From: Burkholderiales bacterium
Lineage (GTDB): Bacteria; Pseudomonadota; Gammaproteobacteria; Burkholderiales; Burkholderiaceae_C
Length of the DNA stretch: 64,000 bases
Assembly (NCBI GenBank): GCA_016192425.1
Contig: JACPUE010000066.1
Coordinates: 99,306-163,305 of the forward strand
Reading direction: 5' to 3'
Translations under genes and position numbers: made by a program
Notes under the pieces: generated by a model
Seen by the model: only the letters and a program-made list of their open reading frames with translations
What the model was told of the DNA's origin: nothing
Database searches by the model: none
Shown: positions 60,128-64,000 of the stretch, one piece after another
Layout: each line of letters starts with the position of its first letter
Numbering within the stretch: the stretch's first letter is position 1

Positions 60128-61545
60128 CGGGCATGACCTTGCAGCAGGTTTTCGCCTGGATCGAGTCGCGCGAGCCGCGTGCGCGCCTGGTGGGCGATGG
60201 TGCCACGCCCCTGGCGCGCGTGCACACCGACACGCGCACCCTGCAGGCGGGCGACCTGTTCGTGGCCCTGCGCGGCGAGCGCTTTGACGCCCACGACTTC
60301 CTGGCCCAGGCCCGTACCAGCGGCGCCGTGGCCGCCATTGCCGAGCGCGGACTGCAGGCCGCTGGGCTGCCCGGCATCGAGGTGCCCGACAGCCTGCAGG
60401 CCCTGGGCCACCTGGCCGCCGCATGGCGCGCGCAATTCAGCCTGCCCTTGATCGCGGTGACCGGCAGCAACGGCAAGACCACGGTCACCCAGATGATTGC
60501 CGCCATCCTGCAGGCCCACGCGCAGCAGGCTGCGTTTGCCACGCGCGGCAACCTCAACAATGCCATCGGCGTGCCGCAAACCCTGCTGCGCCTGAACGCC
60601 ACGCACCGCGTGGGCGTGGTCGAGCTGGGCATGAACCACCCCGGCGAAATCGCCCTGCTGGCGCGCATCGCCCAGCCCACCGTGGCCCTGGTGAACAACG
60701 CGCAGCGCGAGCACCTGGAGTTCATGCACACCGTGCAGGCCGTGGCCGAAGAAAACGGCTCGGTGCTGGCTGCGCTGCCCATGGATGGCGTGGCCGTGTT
60801 CCCGGCGGGCGATGCCTACACCGCGCTGTGGCAGGGCCTGGCGGCCGGGCGGCGCTGCATCACCTTTGGCGGCGCGGGGGCCGACGTGCGCTGCACCCAG
60901 GCCCAGTGGCAGGGCGGCGCCTGGCAGGTCACCCTGGCCACGCCGCAGGGGCCGCTGGCCTGCGCGCTGCACATTGCGGGCCGCCACAACGTGACCAACG
61001 CACAGGCTGCCGCGGCCTGCGCACTGGCGGCCGGTGTGCCGTTGCAGGCCATTGCGCGCGGCCTGGGCGCGTTCGCGCCGGTCAAGGGCCGCTCGCGCGC
61101 GCTGGGCGTGCGCTGCGGCGAGCGCACCGTCACCGTGGTGGACGACAGCTACAACGCCAACCCCGACTCCATGCACGCCGCCATCGAGGTGCTGGCCGAA
61201 CTGCCCGCGCCGCGCCTGCTGGTGCTGGGCGACATGGGCGAGGTGGGCGACCAGGGGCCGCAGTTCCACGCCGAGGCCGGCGCCCATGCCCGCGCACGCG
61301 GCATCGAGCGGCTGTACGCGCTGGGCCCGTCGTCGCAGCACGCCGCGCAGGCCTTTGGAACGGCCACGCATTTTGACGACATGGCATCGCTCCTGGCGGC
61401 GGTGCGGCAGGCGCTGCCCGAGGTGGGCAGCGTGCTGGTGAAGGGATCGCGATTCATGAAGATGGAACAAGTGGTGGAGGCGCTGGCCCCCGCCGCGCAA
61501 GCCGCCGCAGCGGCGCAGGAGGCCGGCCATGGCACGACGCATTGA
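60124..61545 (+). CDS. murF: UDP-N-acetylmuramoyl-tripeptide–D-alanyl-D-alanine ligase
   Basis: GSNGKTT P-loop. Position after murE is conserved. Confidence 0.9.
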   Translation: MTGMTLQQVFAWIESREPRARLVGDGATPLARVHTDTRTLQAGDLFVALRGERFDAHDFLAQARTSGAVAAIAERGLQAAGLPGIEVPDSLQALGHLAAAWRAQFSLPLIAVTGSNGKTTVTQMIAAILQAHAQQAAFATRGNLNNAIGVPQTLLRLNATHRVGVVELGMNHPGEIALLARIAQPTVALVNNAQREHLEFMHTVQAVAEENGSVLAALPMDGVAVFPAGDAYTALWQGLAAGRRCITFGGAGADVRCTQAQWQGGAWQVTLATPQGPLACALHIAGRHNVTNAQAAAACALAAGVPLQAIARGLGAFAPVKGRSRALGVRCGERTVTVVDDSYNANPDSMHAAIEVLAELPAPRLLVLGDMGEVGDQGPQFHAEAGAHARARGIERLYALGPSSQHAAQAFGTATHFDDMASLLAAVRQALPEVGSVLVKGSRFMKMEQVVEALAPAAQAAAAAQEAGHGTTH

Positions 61546-61560
61546 TGTGGGAGGTGCCCC

Positions 61561-62739
61561 ATGCTGATGTGGCTGGCCCAATGGCTGCAGGGGCTGTCGC
61601 CCGAGTTCGGGTTCTTGCGCGTGTTCCAGTACCTCACGCTGCGTGCGGTGCTGGGCGCCATGACGGCGCTGCTCATCGGTCTTCTGGCCGGGCCTGCCGT
61701 GATCCGGCGGCTGACGGCGCTGAAGATCGGGCAGCCCATCCGCACCAACGGCATGGAAACGCACCATGTCAAAAGCGGCACGCCCACCATGGGCGGCGTG
61801 CTCATTCTGCTGGCCATTGCCATCTCCACCCTGCTGTGGGCCGACCTGTCCAACCGTTTTGTCTGGATCGTGCTCATCGTCACGCTGGGCTTTGGCGCCA
61901 TCGGCTGGGCCGACGACTGGCGCAAGGTGGTCTACAAAGACCCCAACGGCATGCCCTCGCGCGAGAAGTACCTGTGGCAGTCGCTCATCGGGCTGGCGGC
62001 GGCGCTGTACCTGGTGTTCAGCATTTCGGAAAGCTCCAACCTCAAGGTGCTGGAGCTGTTCTTTTCGTGGGTGCGATCAGGGTTTGACGTGAACCTGCCC
62101 CCCAAGGCGGGCCTGCTGGTGCCGTTCTTCAAGGAGGTCAGCTACCCGCTGGGGGTGCTGGGCTTCGTCATCCTGACCTACCTGGTCATCGTGGGCTCCA
62201 GCAACGCGGTCAACCTGACGGACGGCCTGGACGGCTTGGCCATCATGCCCGTGGTCATGGTGGGCTCGGCGCTGGGCGTGTTTGCCTACGTGGCGGGCAG
62301 CGCGGTGTATTCCAAATACCTGTTCTTCCCGCACATTCCGGGCGCGGGCGAACTGCTGATCTTCTGCTCCGCCATGGCGGGCGCGGGCCTGGCCTTCCTG
62401 TGGTTCAACACGCATCCGGCGCAGGTGTTCATGGGCGACGTGGGCGCGCTGGCGCTGGGCGGTGCCCTGGGCACCATTGCCGTCATCGTGCGCCAGGAAA
62501 TCGTGCTGGCCATCATGGGCGGCATCTTCGTGGTCGAGGCGCTGTCGGTCATGCTGCAGGTGAGCTGGTTCAAGTACACCAAGCGCAAGTACGGCGAAGG
62601 CCGGCGCCTGCTCAAGATGGCGCCGCTGCACCACCACTTCGAGAAAAACGGCTGGAAGGAAACGCAGGTGGTCGTGCGTTTCTGGATCATCACCATGCTG
62701 CTGTGCCTCATCGGCCTGTCCACATTAAAACTGCGATGA
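61561..62739 (+). CDS. mraY: phospho-N-acetylmuramoyl-pentapeptide transferase
   Basis: Ten-TM protein with …[13 protein letters not shown]…. Confidence 0.95.
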   Translation: MLMWLAQWLQGLSPEFGFLRVFQYLTLRAVLGAMTALLIGLLAGPAVIRRLTALKIGQPIRTNGMETHHVKSGTPTMGGVLILLAIAISTLLWADLSNRFVWIVLIVTLGFGAIGWADDWRKVVYKDPNGMPSREKYLWQSLIGLAAALYLVFSISESSNLKVLELFFSWVRSGFDVNLPPKAGLLVPFFKEVSYPLGVLGFVILTYLVIVGSSNAVNLTDGLDGLAIMPVVMVGSALGVFAYVAGSAVYSKYLFFPHIPGAGELLIFCSAMAGAGLAFLWFNTHPAQVFMGDVGALALGGALGTIAVIVRQEIVLAIMGGIFVVEALSVMLQVSWFKYTKRKYGEGRRLLKMAPLHHHFEKNGWKETQVVVRFWIITMLLCLIGLSTLKLR

Positions 62740-64000
62740 ATCCGCTGGACGAGCCGCTCCCCCCACCCGCCGAAGGCGTGCCTGCCGAGGCTGCGCCCGC
62801 CACGGCCCCGGCGCCCCAGCACGAGCTGCCGCAAACCCTGGACGCCGCGCGCGAGGCCGCGGCCTTTGTGGCGCGCATCTTTGCCGAGACGCCGGTGTCC
62901 GAACCCGGTGCAGACGCCGCCGAGCCCGCAGCGCCCGAGCCTGCGGCCGAGGAACAGACCGCTGCTTCAGACCCCGTGCCCGCAGGCTGGCCGTTGGGGG
63001 GCGGCAAGCTCCTGCAGGACCAGGCCGTGCTGGTGCTGGGCCTGGGCGCGTCGGGCCTGGCCATGGCGCGCTGGTGCGTGCGCTGCGGCGCCCAGGTCAC
63101 CGTGGCCGACACGCGCGAGGCGCCGCCGCAACTGGCGCAGCTGCACGCCGAACTGCCGCAGGCACGCTTTGTGGCCGGAGCCTTTACCGAGGCCTTGCTC
63201 GACGGCGCAGCCTACAGCGCGGTGTACCGCTCGCCCGGCCTGGCACCGCAGGCCATTGCTCCTATTTTTATAGCTGCTAGCGCACGTGGAATAAGCGTTG
63301 GCGGCGAAATTGACCTGTATTCCAGCGCCCTGCATGCGCTGCGCGCTGCCCATGGCTACGCGCCCGCCGTGCTGGCCATCACCGGCACCAACGGCAAGAC
63401 CACGGTGACCTCGCTCACCGGCAAGCTGGTGGCGCATGCGGGCAAGTCGGTGGCGGTGGCAGGCAACATCGGCCCCACGCTGCTGGACACCCTGGCCGAG
63501 CGCATCGACGCAGGCCAGCTGCCCGAAGCCTGGGTGCTGGAGCTGTCGAGCTTTCAGCTGGACGGCGTGCGCGGCTTCGAGCCCACGGCGGCGGCGGTGC
63601 TCAACGTCACCCAGGACCACCTGGACTGGCACGGCGACATGGCCGCCTACGCCGCCGCCAAGGCACGCATCTTTGGCGAGCAGGCCCTGATGGTGCTCAA
63701 CCGCGACGATGCGCTGGTGATGCACATGCTGCCGCCGCCCGGCCGCCCGAAGGCGGCAGCAGCCCCCTTGGGGGGCAGCGCAGCACACGCAGTGGCAAGC
63801 GTGGGGGCGCCGTCCATGCCGCCGCCAGTGAGGCAGAGGCTGCAAAAGGCACAGCACCGCGCCCATGTGACCTTTGGCGCAGACATGCCGCAGCGGCCGG
63901 GCGATTTCGGCATCGAGGCCGTCAACGGCATGGCCTGGCTGGTGCGCGCGCAGGAGGCCGACGAAACCCTGCGCCGCAGCAAGAACGCCGAGGAGGAGCT
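62736..64000 (+). CDS. murD: UDP-N-acetylmuramoylalanine–D-glutamate ligase, with a ~95-aa Pro/Ala-rich N-terminal extension (3' end lies outside the window)
   Basis: GTNGKTT P-loop. The ATG overlaps the mraY stop. Confidence 0.85.
   Translation, partial: MNPLDEPLPPPAEGVPAEAAPATAPAPQHELPQTLDAAREAAAFVARIFAETPVSEPGADAAEPAAPEPAAEEQTAASDPVPAGWPLGGGKLLQDQAVLVLGLGASGLAMARWCVRCGAQVTVADTREAPPQLAQLHAELPQARFVAGAFTEALLDGAAYSAVYRSPGLAPQAIAPIFIAASARGISVGGEIDLYSSALHALRAAHGYAPAVLAITGTNGKTTVTSLTGKLVAHAGKSVAVAGNIGPTLLDTLAERIDAGQLPEAWVLELSSFQLDGVRGFEPTAAAVLNVTQDHLDWHGDMAAYAAAKARIFGEQALMVLNRDDALVMHMLPPPGRPKAAAAPLGGSAAHAVASVGAPSMPPPVRQRLQKAQHRAHVTFGADMPQRPGDFGIEAVNGMAWLVRAQEADETLRRSKNAEEE
63258..63305. repeat. 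AT-rich motif, inverted pair inside murD (in-frame)
   Basis: CCTATTTTTATAGCTGCTAGCGCA-CGTGG-AATAAGCGTTGGCGGC. Confidence 0.65.

Overview
This is a high-GC (roughly two-thirds G+C) chromosomal window from a betaproteobacterium; gene content and synteny suggest a Comamonadaceae-like organism. Gene density is high and there are many long antisense ORFs typical of GC-rich DNA. In order, the window holds: a fatty-acid beta-oxidation cluster (acyl-CoA dehydrogenase 3' end, FadB-like, thiolase, thioesterases, enoyl-CoA hydratases, a TetR regulator, a bactofilin); a YciA thioesterase and an ABCB-type exporter; a LysR regulator; a Glt-type polar amino-acid ABC transporter with two binding proteins; pyrC; htpX; a COG2509 flavoprotein; cysK. 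The most interesting part is an RNA-repair island. A sigma-54/CARF regulator RtcR sits divergent from an unusually expanded rtc operon on the minus strand: SPFH protein, Trp-rich hypothetical, RtcB, pol-beta-family nucleotidyltransferase, MoxR AAA+ ATPase, VWA/HExxH-metallopeptidase-like protein, RtcA. That operon is preceded by a near-consensus sigma-54 promoter driving a ~330-nt non-coding RNA that contains a tRNA-like module, which I interpret as a Y-RNA (YrlA)-like RNA, followed by an intrinsic terminator. Downstream of rtcR, on the plus strand, lies an ATP-dependent RNA ligase translationally coupled to an HD-phosphoesterase/polynucleotide-kinase fusion, with its own candidate sigma-54 promoter. 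The remainder carries RNase P RNA (rnpB), a DUF898/M48 peptidase pair, a pseudouridine synthase, a NUDIX–MBL fusion, gst, dapF–yigA–xerC–rlmI, a zigA(COG0523)–dksA2-like pair, hslVU, and the start of the dcw cluster (mraZ, rsmH, ftsL, ftsI, murE, murF, mraY, murD). Two repeat families stand out. One is a ~125-bp GC-rich REP-like hairpin element, 7 copies and intergenic. The other is an AT-rich ~30-bp palindromic motif with core AAGCGCTAGCAGCTATC-W5-GATAGC, at least 12 copies, present both intergenically and embedded in-frame inside genes; it is frequent enough to resemble a DNA-uptake-sequence-like genome signature.
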